From a virus (lineage: Duplodnaviria > Caudoviricetes), in the IMG/VR virus record IMGVR_UViG_3300020551_000013, positions 1-32,628 of that record: a DNA stretch of 32,628 nt. One strand, 5' to 3'. This document shows positions 24,765-32,628 of the stretch, one piece after another; the first letter of the stretch is position 1; every line of letters begins with the position of its first letter. A program made the translations under genes and the position numbers. Below the pieces are notes generated by a model that saw only the letters and a list, made by a program, of their open reading frames with translations, did no database searches and had not been told where the DNA came from.

Positions 24765-26029
24765 CGTGATGTTGGACGTAGTCCGTTAGCTGCGAATGCT
24801 TTGCGGAGTTCTGCGGGTAGCGTTACTCCTTGACGGACTAGTTCTTCAGTAAGCATTTCTTGACGTTTGAGTGTTTCCGCCCATGTCGGGGTCGCGGATT
24901 TTTCAATGCTTTGCATGTTATCCCGCAATCCGTTCGCAATGTCAGAAGCTCGATCCGAGACGCTGCGCTTCGGGCCAAGAAGTTGGTCGATGTCCCGATT
25001 CATCAGGTCTTTCTCCTCGTTGCTAAGATTGCTTGATCCAGATTGCAGCATGGACCTCATCCCCTCAACCATCAGGTTGCCTGTAACGTCTTGGAATCCC
25101 CGCGCCATCGCCTCGCCAATCAGGATTCCAATCTGAGCAAACGTTTCAAGGTTGCCTTGCGCGGCTTGCTCCAATGCCGTGCCGATTATCTTTCCCGCAG
25201 ATGCAAACTTACCCTCAAGCTGCGGGAGGAATGCGTTCGTCGAATCGAGCGCAACGCGAAGTCCGTCGTTGAATCCGGTGCCGAATGCAACCTTGAGTCC
25301 GAGCATGGCGTCTGAAAGCTTCGCAAGCTTGCCCTCGGTGGTTGCAGCGCCCTTGTCGAGAGCGCCGTAGAAAAGCCCGCCTTGCGCCGTCGCGGATCGG
25401 AAGGCATCCGTCACCATGGCGGCGGAAATCGCGCCGTCCTCCATGGCTTTCTTCAACTCGATCATGGATCGCCCGGTCTTGCGGGAAATCTCTTGCAGTG
25501 GGTTGAATCCAGCGTTGACGAACTGAAGCACTTCCTGACCCATCAGCCGCCCCGCTGCCTGCGTTTGAGCGAAGGCAAGAGCAAGACTTCCGAATCGCTC
25601 AGAGTTGCCCATGGATACATCGCCAAGGGTCCTTAGAATCGGCAATGTCTGATCGGCGGAAATGCCGAATGCCATCAGGGTCTTGCCCGCTTGCGCGTAG
25701 TCCGAAACGGATAGCGGCGACTTGATTGCTTCGTCGCGGAAGCTCTGGATAAGCTCGGTCGCTTTGCTCGCGGATTTGGTTAGAACCTCGAATTGAACTT
25801 GCAACGACTCCATCATGGCAGCCTTGCCGGATGCATCTTTGATGAACGCAAGTCCTGCGCCAAGAGCTACAGCCCCAGCGGCAGCGACCGCAAGCGCGGC
25901 ACCGAAAGCTGCTTGTGATGTTGCCAGCTTCCCAAGCACTCCGGTTAGCCCGCTGGCTTGCACCTCAATCCCTGCGATGGTTCGCCGGAATTGAGTGGCA
26001 TCGGCGCGAATGCGGATCGTTAAAGCCAT
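24761..26029 (-). CDS. Tape measure protein (short, 422 aa)
   Basis: A..LI.......IKSPL......AGKTLMAFG...LGDVSMG...LALAFAQ....GRLMGQEVLQFVNAG is the tape-measure domain. Follows the chaperone genes. Confidence 0.92.
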   Translation of the reverse strand: MALTIRIRADATQFRRTIAGIEVQASGLTGVLGKLATSQAAFGAALAVAAAGAVALGAGLAFIKDASGKAAMMESLQVQFEVLTKSASKATELIQSFRDEAIKSPLSVSDYAQAGKTLMAFGISADQTLPILRTLGDVSMGNSERFGSLALAFAQTQAAGRLMGQEVLQFVNAGFNPLQEISRKTGRSMIELKKAMEDGAISAAMVTDAFRSATAQGGLFYGALDKGAATTEGKLAKLSDAMLGLKVAFGTGFNDGLRVALDSTNAFLPQLEGKFASAGKIIGTALEQAAQGNLETFAQIGILIGEAMARGFQDVTGNLMVEGMRSMLQSGSSNLSNEEKDLMNRDIDQLLGPKRSVSDRASDIANGLRDNMQSIEKSATPTWAETLKRQEMLTEELVRQGVTLPAELRKAFAANGLRPTSR

Positions 26030-26031
26030 AC

Positions 26032-26274
26032 TTAGGTCACAGTGTCAAAGATTGCCTTGGCGCGGTCCCGTAGGCTTGGTATTGGCCCTTCCTGCTTCGC
26101 CGCTCCCTTGATCGTGCGGAGTCCTTTCCGATAGAGCAGCGCGTGGAATAGCTCCGCCTTTTGGTCGGGCGGGAGGTCGAGGATGTAGGTGATTGGCCAT
26201 CCGTATTCACTGGCGAAAAGGTCGATCTCAAAAGCTTCATCTTCGGGCGGATCTCCACGGTCTAGGGCTTTCCC
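26032..26274 (-). CDS. Tail assembly chaperone C-terminal extension (gpT-like), reached by -1 frameshift
   Basis: The -1 frame from GGGAAAG (26268-26274) is open for 80 codons: GKALDRGDPPEDEAFEIDLFASEYGWPITYILDLPPDQKAELFHALLYRKG...FDTVT*. Confidence 0.85.
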   Translation of the reverse strand, partial: GKALDRGDPPEDEAFEIDLFASEYGWPITYILDLPPDQKAELFHALLYRKGLRTIKGAAKQEGPIPSLRDRAKAIFDTVT

Positions 26275-26612
26275 GGCGAGTCATCGACTGTCACTTGTGC
26301 CGCCTCCGTTCGCTGGTTCACGGCTCCGATGTATTCAGCGACGGCGGTGAGATCTTCGGCGGAAAGCTCCATGTCGGCGATTCCCACCTCACGGTTGAAT
26401 CGCGCCTCGTCATTCACGGCGTCGAAGGCATCGGCGGGCGGCAGGCTGTAGATCGCGGCAAACGCCACGACGAATGCGCCCGCTTTTTCGTTCTCGTCCT
26501 CGACGTTGGCGATCTGCGCTAGGATGCGCCCGACTCCGCGCCCGAATGGCCGGAGTTTGGTTTGCTTGCCGCGAATCGTAATCGTCGGTGGTTCTGTCTG
26601 GAATGAGGTCAT
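26262..26612 (-). CDS. Tail assembly chaperone (gpG-like)
   Basis: 116 aa (MTSFQTEPPTITIRG...SPGKP*), ending in the slippery sequence G GGA AAG upstream of the tape measure gene. Confidence 0.85.
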   Translation of the reverse strand: MTSFQTEPPTITIRGKQTKLRPFGRGVGRILAQIANVEDENEKAGAFVVAFAAIYSLPPADAFDAVNDEARFNREVGIADMELSAEDLTAVAEYIGAVNQRTEAAQVTVDDSPGKP

Positions 26613-26617
26613 CTTGG

Positions 26618-27316
26618 TTATCTTCGGTAGAGTAGCTTTTCGAGTTGGTTGATCTGGTCCTTGCTTATGTCTGCGCCGACGTATGCGGTTCTTCCTCGAT
26701 GCTGGACGGCGGCAAACTGCGGGCCACGGTCCTTGATGAAATCCACCATCACGCGGTGATTGTCGAAGGCGCACCAAAGGTAAGAGATCAGGGCATCCGG
26801 TAAACGCCTCTCAAGCTCGCCAGGTGGAAGCGTCCACAATGCGAAATCCGCCGCTGCCGATTGTGAAAAGCGGAACTTGTAGCCGTTCGTCCCGTAGGCG
26901 ACTCCGATGATCGGGTGGCCAAGTTGCTCCATCGCTGCCGCCGTTTGCGTGTGGTGTGTCTCAATGAACGGGACTGACGGCGCAAACAGGTGGATCGTCC
27001 CCTGCTGGATGTCGCGGACAATCTCGGCGTATTGGACGAATGCCGCCTTCATGCGAACAATAGGGCAATCTGGATTCGCTTTCGCGTATTCCTGATCGCC
27101 CCAGACTTTGAGCATTTCCAAAGACGACTCGCCGCGTGCGTTCTTTTCGGCAAGGTGCCATGTCACCTTCGTTCCCGTGATTCCGTCGCCGCTAATGGTC
27201 GTCAGCGTCCGCGAGACATCCAGCGGGACATCGTAAGCGATCAATGCGGCGGCTGCTCGGGTGTTGGTAGTGGCACCACCTTCGCCGGTAATGCCAAGGA
27301 ATCTTGGTAGTGCCAT
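26618..27316 (-). CDS. Hypothetical protein with two internal repeats, between tail tube and chaperone genes
   Basis: 232 aa. TTNTRAAAALIAYDVPL...VTWHL and THHTQTAAAMEQLGHPI...YKFRF. Confidence 0.65.
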   Translation of the reverse strand: MALPRFLGITGEGGATTNTRAAAALIAYDVPLDVSRTLTTISGDGITGTKVTWHLAEKNARGESSLEMLKVWGDQEYAKANPDCPIVRMKAAFVQYAEIVRDIQQGTIHLFAPSVPFIETHHTQTAAAMEQLGHPIIGVAYGTNGYKFRFSQSAAADFALWTLPPGELERRLPDALISYLWCAFDNHRVMVDFIKDRGPQFAAVQHRGRTAYVGADISKDQINQLEKLLYRR

Positions 27317-27331
27317 CTGGTTAGGTTGCCG

Positions 27332-27706
27332 TTAGGCTAGGATCGTCGGGCTGTATTTGTATTTTACAGAGATGCGCCGGTAATCCTCGGAGGTGCTGGA
27401 ACGGGTGATTCCGGTGACAACGTAAGTTCCACCAGTCACTGCGCCAATCAGGTGATCGGCGGGAGCAGTCGCCAAGGTCAAGGCGCTGGCGAGAGTCCCA
27501 GAGAAGGCCGAAGTGGACGGAATGTAACCGTCAAGCGTGCCTTCGATCCGCTCGTTGTAATACGACTCGCCGGTATCGTCGCCAGAGATGTTTTTGACGG
27601 TCTTTGAATCCTGCGAGTAATCGTCAGAAACGGAGTCGAGAAGGAATCCGGTCTGCTGCGCAGCGATGCCGAAAAGGCCGGTAGTGGTGCCAAAGGACGT
27701 AGCCAT
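27332..27706 (-). CDS. Major tail (tube) protein, minimal 124 aa
   Basis: MAT start, S/T-rich beta protein, positioned after the tail terminator and before the chaperone/tape measure genes. Confidence 0.65.
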   Translation of the reverse strand: MATSFGTTTGLFGIAAQQTGFLLDSVSDDYSQDSKTVKNISGDDTGESYYNERIEGTLDGYIPSTSAFSGTLASALTLATAPADHLIGAVTGGTYVVTGITRSSTSEDYRRISVKYKYSPTILA

Positions 27707-27729
27707 TTGAAATGGCCGTCATGTCAAAT

Positions 27730-28149
27730 TCAGCTTGTCCGCTGTATCCAAGCTTCAGCCGTGAACACCGCTTCAAAGGTCGTCTCTTCCCATCGCGTGC
27801 TGCCGCCGTCCATCTGGAAAAAGTCGCATTGCACGCCAAGGCCGGTCCCGCTGATGAGGCTCGCCACGTTTGCCGTGCCGTTGATGTTGCGCTCGATGGC
27901 GTCAGCCCATGTCTTGAGCGTCGCCCGTGTCTCGCCGTCGCCGGAATGCGCCCGCAAGGTAATCTCGACTGGGCATTTCATCACGCCTGGAAGCGCCAGC
28001 GAATGCCGCTCAGGCTCGCCAACGTCAACCGCAATGGTCGGCAGGTCAATGTCCGCAATGGCGCGGGCGTCGACGACGGTGATGGAAGCGTCGGGCTTGA
28101 TCGGCTCAAGTAAGGCAATCAGCGCGTTGGTAAGTTTGTCGGTAGTCAT
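27730..28149 (-). CDS. Tail terminator-like protein
   Basis: 139 aa with LPTIAV motif, acidic, in the canonical position. Confidence 0.6.
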   Translation of the reverse strand: MTTDKLTNALIALLEPIKPDASITVVDARAIADIDLPTIAVDVGEPERHSLALPGVMKCPVEITLRAHSGDGETRATLKTWADAIERNINGTANVASLISGTGLGVQCDFFQMDGGSTRWEETTFEAVFTAEAWIQRTS

Positions 28150-28811
28150 CAGATTTCCCCTCGGAGCTTTTTCAGCGCAATTGTCATGTAGCGGAAGTTT
28201 CGGGCGTATCCTCGCTTCAATGCCAAATCAATCACTGCCTTGGACTGTAGCCCGTTGATGTATGAAAGTCGGTTGGTGAGTGAGATCGTAGAGCCCAAAC
28301 CCTCCGCCCTGATAGATGCGTCGCCGTTGCGTGTCGCATGGCGTCGAATCCACTTACTGATTCCACGCATTTTCTTTCCGTCGATAGCCTCCCCGGCAGC
28401 AATCCAAGCGCCTTTCGCGGTGCCCGCTGCCGCTTGCTTCTTGCGGAGCAGGTCCACCTTTTCCCTGATCGGAATCGGCTCACGCCTGAATCGCCCTTCG
28501 GTCTTCAGCCCTTTAGGAACCTGCCCTTTCCGCCTGACTTGAGTGTGGACGAATCCCGCTGATCCTTGAGTTCCCGCCACGTTGGCAGCGCGGATTGCGC
28601 GGTCGATTTGCTTGGCGATGCTCTTTTGGAATCCCGCGCCCTGCTTGGCTGTAATGCCGTAAGGCGGGACAAGCACCGCTAGTTCTTTCGCGCAACCCTT
28701 CCCGAGAAGATTCATGGACTCTTGAATGGTTTTGCCGGTCTCTCTTGAGAACTCGACCATTCTTCGCCGGAATCCGCGAACGGATGATTGGTCCATGGAG
28801 AATCTGATCAT
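28149..28811 (-). CDS. Neck/tail completion protein (basic, HK97 gp10/lambda Z position)
   Basis: 220 aa, K/R-rich, with G.AKGAW and LTNRLSYI motifs. ATGA overlap with the upstream gene. Confidence 0.6.
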   Translation of the reverse strand: MIRFSMDQSSVRGFRRRMVEFSRETGKTIQESMNLLGKGCAKELAVLVPPYGITAKQGAGFQKSIAKQIDRAIRAANVAGTQGSAGFVHTQVRRKGQVPKGLKTEGRFRREPIPIREKVDLLRKKQAAAGTAKGAWIAAGEAIDGKKMRGISKWIRRHATRNGDASIRAEGLGSTISLTNRLSYINGLQSKAVIDLALKRGYARNFRYMTIALKKLRGEI

Positions 28812-29125
28812 TTGCTTTCGTTCGGGTCGCAAAGGTCAAACCGGATCGCCACGGAGCCGACTCGGACGGCGTAGATTCTGAACGCCACGCCGCCGACCGT
28901 GCATCGCTTGCCCTTGAGCGCGGCGGGCGTTGTAACGTCGCCAGGCTGCGCGGTGGCCGTCGCCTGAAGCTCAGGTTCAAGCCCTCCTAGCCCGCCGTCT
29001 GAGTTGCTGCTGTAGTCGTCCCAGACCACGCTAAACGTCTGCCCGTTGCAAACCATGGTCTTCGTTCCAAACATGGAATCAACCTCGTCGGCGGAGACGT
29101 TTAGGAAATCGTCGATGATGCTCAC
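28808..29125 (-). CDS. Head-tail joining protein (lambda FII-like)
   Basis: 105 aa, GTG start, G....V.G..F.I..V pattern, first neck gene. Confidence 0.65.
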   Translation of the reverse strand: MSIIDDFLNVSADEVDSMFGTKTMVCNGQTFSVVWDDYSSNSDGGLGGLEPELQATATAQPGDVTTPAALKGKRCTVGGVAFRIYAVRVGSVAIRFDLCDPNESK

Positions 29126-29140
29126 ACCATAGGCACGGCG

Positions 29141-29737
29141 TCAAACGGACTCAGGGGCGGCTGTAGTCGCTGCGTCGTGCCGGTAGGTGTGAAGCACGGC
29201 GTCGATGTGATGCGCGGTTCTGACCCGCTTCCGCGCCTGCTGGCACCAAACCAAGTCCTCGCCGTAGTTGCTCTCACCGAATAGGCATCCTGCCACCGCT
29301 TCCCGCTTCCAAGCGCAAACGTGCCAAGGTGCGCGTAGGGTGATGCCACCCGGTGTAAAAGGGCCGTCTTGGTTGTTAATGCCGAAATGCACTTCGGATT
29401 CGAGCCCGTTGTAAATCGCCCGTTGGCGGAACGTGATTACATCCGCATTCGTCTCCGCTGCCGCCAGCAGTCGCGCAACGTAGTCGTCGGAAACGTCGTC
29501 GTCGTCGTCCACAAAGGCGATGTATTTGCCACGTGCGATGTCAACGAGAGCCTGCCGTTTTGCGCCGATGCTGCGGGCGCGGTTGTCGCAGAGCGCAAGC
29601 CATTCCACCGGCTGCCCCTCAATTTGATTCTCAACGGACATGTGCAAGCCGTGAAGGTCACTTGGATTTGCCGCGTCCCTTTCGGTGAACATCCGACTTG
29701 GAATTGTCGGCGTGAGGATTGATAGGATTGGATTCAT
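29141..29737 (-). CDS. Glycosyltransferase family 2 (GT-A fold)
   Basis: ILSILTPTIPSR, SIGAKRQALVDIARGKYIAFVDDDD (DxD), GED..W, YRH. Confidence 0.88.
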   Translation of the reverse strand: MNPILSILTPTIPSRMFTERDAANPSDLHGLHMSVENQIEGQPVEWLALCDNRARSIGAKRQALVDIARGKYIAFVDDDDDVSDDYVARLLAAAETNADVITFRQRAIYNGLESEVHFGINNQDGPFTPGGITLRAPWHVCAWKREAVAGCLFGESNYGEDLVWCQQARKRVRTAHHIDAVLHTYRHDAATTAAPESV

Positions 29738-29819
29738 GCTTTTTGAATATCTTGTCGTAGTTGCTGCGGAACCGCTCGCCGTTGACCGGCCTTAAATCGT
29801 CGCCTTTGCCTGCGCTCAT
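29658..29819 (-). CDS. Small phage peptide (MSAGKGD..RP...F..NYDKIF type)
   Basis: ATGA-coupled to the large GT gene. The N-terminal 25 aa resemble a recurring small phage peptide. The C-terminal tail overlaps the GT2 start. Confidence 0.55.
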   Translation of the reverse strand: MSAGKGDDLRPVNGERFRSNYDKIFKKHESNPINPHADNSKSDVHRKGRGKSK

Positions 29820-31990
29820 GGCTTCTTGATCCATACCCGCCCCATCGTTTCGTATTCGATCCCGCAATCGGCAAGGGCGCGTTGCACGTCGGGAGAGTCG
29901 ATGTCGTGACCGGCGAAGATGCCGCCCGGTTTGACCTTGGGAAGCCACGCGGTGATGTCGGCCTTGACGCTTTTGTAGTCGTGAGCGGCGTCGATGAAGA
30001 TGCCGTCCGCGAGTTGCGGAAAACTTTTAGCGCATGTCATCGAGTCCATTTTCATTACCGAGAACGGGCACTCTGCCGTTTTTGCGTTTGCCGTGAATTC
30101 CTCCCAAACGTCAACCTTCCCGGTGTTTGTGTCTCCATTGAAGGTATCCACCGGGCAAACGGTCGAATCATTTCCCAAGTCTCGAATCCTCTGTTTTAGG
30201 TAAACCGCGCTTTTCCCTTTCCATGATCCAACCTCAACAAAGCATCCACCCATCGGAAGCGCCTTTGCCACGTAGTCGTAAAAGTCGCGGAAGTCGAACC
30301 AGCCTTGGATGTCGGCGGACACCTTCACGCCTTCGCAAAGGCGGCGGAACATGCCTTCTCCGGTCTTGTAGTGGTAGCCGTCATTCGAGCGCGCATAGGT
30401 CGCATCCATCTCTGCCTTCCCGAATGCCGGGTGGACATGCTCAAACGTGATCCGGTCGCGAGCGTCGATGACCACGCCATCCGCGAAAGCTTGGCGGCTG
30501 AACCAGTTGTCCGAGAACATGGAAAAGAACTCGGGATGGAAGAGGTAGCCTTGCGCCTTGTAGCGGGCGCGGGTGAGGATCGCCATACACAAGAGGTCGT
30601 CGTTCCGGTGGCCGTCGCTGACCGCTAGAACGGCTGGTTTTGAGGTATCGCCAACCGCTCCCAGAATCGCCAAGTCCCATCCGGGGAAAGGTTCCCAATC
30701 GTCGGAAAGCTGGACGAGGATTGCCCCGCTCGATGCCGCTGCCGCTGCGTTCCATGCGCCGACCGGTCCCGCGTTTGGCCATGAAACAACGTGCCTTGTC
30801 GCGGTCAGCATGAAGCTCGATGCGTCGTCAGAGTCGATTCCGAAGATATGCTCGATGGCGTCTGGATTCGATGCCGCCCGCAGCCAGTCCATGCGGCAGC
30901 GCCATGCCTTTGCGGGGCGTCCTCGCGTCGCGTGCAATAGGCTGATTTTTGCGCCGGCACGGATAAAATGGTTAGCCTCCATCGTGTCGGCTTCCTCTTG
31001 CCGATTGTTGACCCGCAGCGCCATCCCGTGGAGGTGGACGCCGAGCTGCCCGTAGTAAGACCGTCGCAGGTTCCAAGGCGCTTCTTGGGGGATCGAAAGC
31101 GCCCCCATCGCAGTCGTCCATCCGAGAGCGGCGGGCGCGTCGTGAGGGACGCACGCAAGCCCAAGCTCGCCGTATGCCTCGCGCCTGGTTGGGTCGGTGG
31201 CGACAGCCTGGAGAAGCATCGCGTGTTTCTGGTCGGAGTCCGTGGCGAGTCGGGCAAGTTGGAAAAGCGCTTCGTATCGCTCGTTTTTCCCGACGCCTTC
31301 CATCCCGATAAACTGAATGGCCTTAGGGATTGCCTCCGCGTCCCGGTCGAGCGCGATGAGAGATTGAAAAACGTGGAAGTGCTGCGAGATAGTCCGCTTG
31401 TCCTCGGGAATGCTTTCAAGGATTCGCAGGTTCCGCTCGTCCCGGCTGGCGCTCCGCTTTTCGCTGGCGTGGACGATCTCCGCGCCATCGAAGCGCATGT
31501 GGTTAGCGCCGTCCTTGAACTTCAGGCATTCGTGGATTGGATTCTCCCACCGGGCGGAGCCTTTGCGCCAAATGCGCTCGCGCCAGTTGATGACGCCATC
31601 CTCGGGGATGACGTAGCGCATAAGCACGCCGTCAACGTGGTCGGGAATCTGCGGGAGTAGCGCCTTGATCTGCGCGATGCTGTCCGGGGTGATTACATCG
31701 TCGGTATCCGCCCACATCAGCCAGTCGCCGGTTGCCATGTCGCAAGCTTTGTTGCGGGCGGCGGCAAAGTCGTCAACGTGTGGCCAAAAGCAACTGTCGA
31801 TGTCGTTGATGAACTCCGCAACGTAGCATCCTCGCTCTTCTGCGATATTAAGCGTTTCGTCGGCATCCTGATTCCCGATGGCCCGCACCACAATCACCTC
31901 GTCCGCGACTCCTTGGAAGTGATCCAAAAACCGCCCGATATGCTGCTCCACGTTGCCCGCGATTACGCAAAAACTAATCTTGTTTGTCAT
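29816..31990 (-). CDS. Multidomain GT2 - TPR - second GT-A - class I SAM methyltransferase (724 aa)
   Basis: GT2: ISFCVIA, DDFAAARN, WLMWADTDD, WENPIHE. TPR-like helices: YEALFQLARL..DPTRREAYGELG. Second GT: ISLLHATRGRP, AWNAAA...ILVQLSDD, FSDN. Methyltransferase: FVEVGSWKGKS, IFIDAAHDY, KPGGIFAGHD. Confidence 0.9.
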   Translation of the reverse strand: MTNKISFCVIAGNVEQHIGRFLDHFQGVADEVIVVRAIGNQDADETLNIAEERGCYVAEFINDIDSCFWPHVDDFAAARNKACDMATGDWLMWADTDDVITPDSIAQIKALLPQIPDHVDGVLMRYVIPEDGVINWRERIWRKGSARWENPIHECLKFKDGANHMRFDGAEIVHASEKRSASRDERNLRILESIPEDKRTISQHFHVFQSLIALDRDAEAIPKAIQFIGMEGVGKNERYEALFQLARLATDSDQKHAMLLQAVATDPTRREAYGELGLACVPHDAPAALGWTTAMGALSIPQEAPWNLRRSYYGQLGVHLHGMALRVNNRQEEADTMEANHFIRAGAKISLLHATRGRPAKAWRCRMDWLRAASNPDAIEHIFGIDSDDASSFMLTATRHVVSWPNAGPVGAWNAAAAASSGAILVQLSDDWEPFPGWDLAILGAVGDTSKPAVLAVSDGHRNDDLLCMAILTRARYKAQGYLFHPEFFSMFSDNWFSRQAFADGVVIDARDRITFEHVHPAFGKAEMDATYARSNDGYHYKTGEGMFRRLCEGVKVSADIQGWFDFRDFYDYVAKALPMGGCFVEVGSWKGKSAVYLKQRIRDLGNDSTVCPVDTFNGDTNTGKVDVWEEFTANAKTAECPFSVMKMDSMTCAKSFPQLADGIFIDAAHDYKSVKADITAWLPKVKPGGIFAGHDIDSPDVQRALADCGIEYETMGRVWIKKP

Positions 31991-32032
31991 GTTCGTAACC
32001 AGGCTTGCCGATTCGCCTCGCTTTTTCAAGCG

Positions 32033-32063
32033 AAAACCCGCTCCGGGTTAGGGAGCGGGTTTT
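32033..32063 (-). terminator. Intrinsic (bidirectional-type) terminator after the capsid gene
   Basis: AAAACCCGCTCC-GGGTTAG-GGAGCGGGTTTT, about 30 nt after the capsid stop codon. Confidence 0.75.
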
Positions 32064-32094
32064 GCCATGAACAACACAAACACCATCAGGAAGA

Positions 32095-32628
32095 TTACGG
32101 CTTGGTCCCGTGGACGAGTCCCAAAGTGAGGCCGGTCGCGGTTCCGTAGAGGCACTCGAAAGCGCCATACATGATCCCGGTGGCCTGGTCGTAGGACCGG
32201 CGATAGCCCATCACGATGCCGGAAGGATCGACGGCCATCTCGGTAGCCAGGTATTCACCAGCGGCAAGGGGGGCGAGATAGCGCATCGCAACGCTGATTG
32301 CGTCGGAGTGAGCGGCGAAGGCAACCAACGAGGTCGCAGCGGTCGGCAGGATGTTGGTTTCGTAGGTGTCGAAACCGATCAGCCGGCCAAGGGTGCCTTG
32401 GCGAGCGGCCTGGGAGTCGCCAATCTGGTAGGCGTTCAGGACGTTCGCGGTCCCGAGGAGCGTTCCGCCGACCACGGTGTTGTACACGAAGCTGCAAACG
32501 CCGGGGTCAACGTCCACGTTGCGGCCTGCGAGGGTCGTCCGCATGGAGATGAGAGAGGCGAGCGTGTAGTTCGCCTCAAGCGTGGTGATCGTCGCGCTGC
32601 CAAAGTTGGTCGTGGTGATCAACTTCCA
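32095..32628 (-). CDS. Major capsid protein, C-terminal part (5' truncated by window edge)
   Basis: HK97-fold-like tail: G.LGRLIGFDTYETNILP, AFAAHSDAISVAMR, DPSGI...YR, ECLYG. Followed by a strong terminator. Confidence 0.8.
   Translation of the reverse strand, partial: WKLITTTNFGSATITTLEANYTLASLISMRTTLAGRNVDVDPGVCSFVYNTVVGGTLLGTANVLNAYQIGDSQAARQGTLGRLIGFDTYETNILPTAATSLVAFAAHSDAISVAMRYLAPLAAGEYLATEMAVDPSGIVMGYRRSYDQATGIMYGAFECLYGTATGLTLGLVHGTKP

Noticed and set aside
26037-26258. Tracked 73-aa ORF as TAG read-through of the chaperone
   Set aside because: Its sequence is low-complexity S/R-rich. The -1 frame has a canonical slippery site and a chaperone-like sequence, and there is no other sign of stop-codon reassignment.
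29141-31990. Glycosyltransferases as DNA hypermodification enzymes
   Set aside because: They lie in the virion operon, include a TPR-like region, and there are no hydroxymethylase, TET/JBP or nucleotide-kinase partners in the window. Disfavoured rather than excluded.
99-32552. Numerous + strand ORFs in the track (e.g. 13868-14506, 23047-23952, 30968-31660)
   Set aside because: They are antisense shadows of well-supported - strand genes in GC-rich DNA and have no motifs. Only 16064-16342 and 16320-16589 were accepted.

Overview
This window is about 32.6 kb of a tailed dsDNA phage genome with siphovirus-type gene order. Nearly all genes are on the - strand. In transcription order (right to left) it holds: (1) the 3' part of the major capsid gene; (2) a glycosylation cluster between capsid and neck genes, comprising a 724-aa GT2-TPR-GT-methyltransferase fusion, a small peptide and a second GT2; (3) head-tail/neck, tail tube, a tail assembly chaperone with a lambda-type GGGAAAG -1 frameshift, a short tape measure protein, tail tip and fibre genes; (4) holin-like and M15 endolysin genes; (5) two + strand genes and an atypical tRNA-Met(CAT); (6) an early/replication region with RecE-like exonuclease, RecT-like annealase, many small ORFs, a Cro-like HTH, SF2 helicase, VRR-NUC nuclease, DNA methyltransferase, primase-helicase, SSB, an AT-rich origin-like region and two terminal genes (HTH, DUF3102-like). 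I recognised no integrase, terminase, portal, CRISPR array or reverse transcriptase. The most notable signals are a candidate virion-protein glycosylation and glycan-methylation assembly line, a TTTGAC-N13-15-start-codon motif ahead of four late genes, four conserved promoter-plus-small-gene early modules, Shine-Dalgarno-free AACC-rich initiation regions and a chimeric initiator-like tRNA. All family assignments come from motif recognition by eye, with no database searches.
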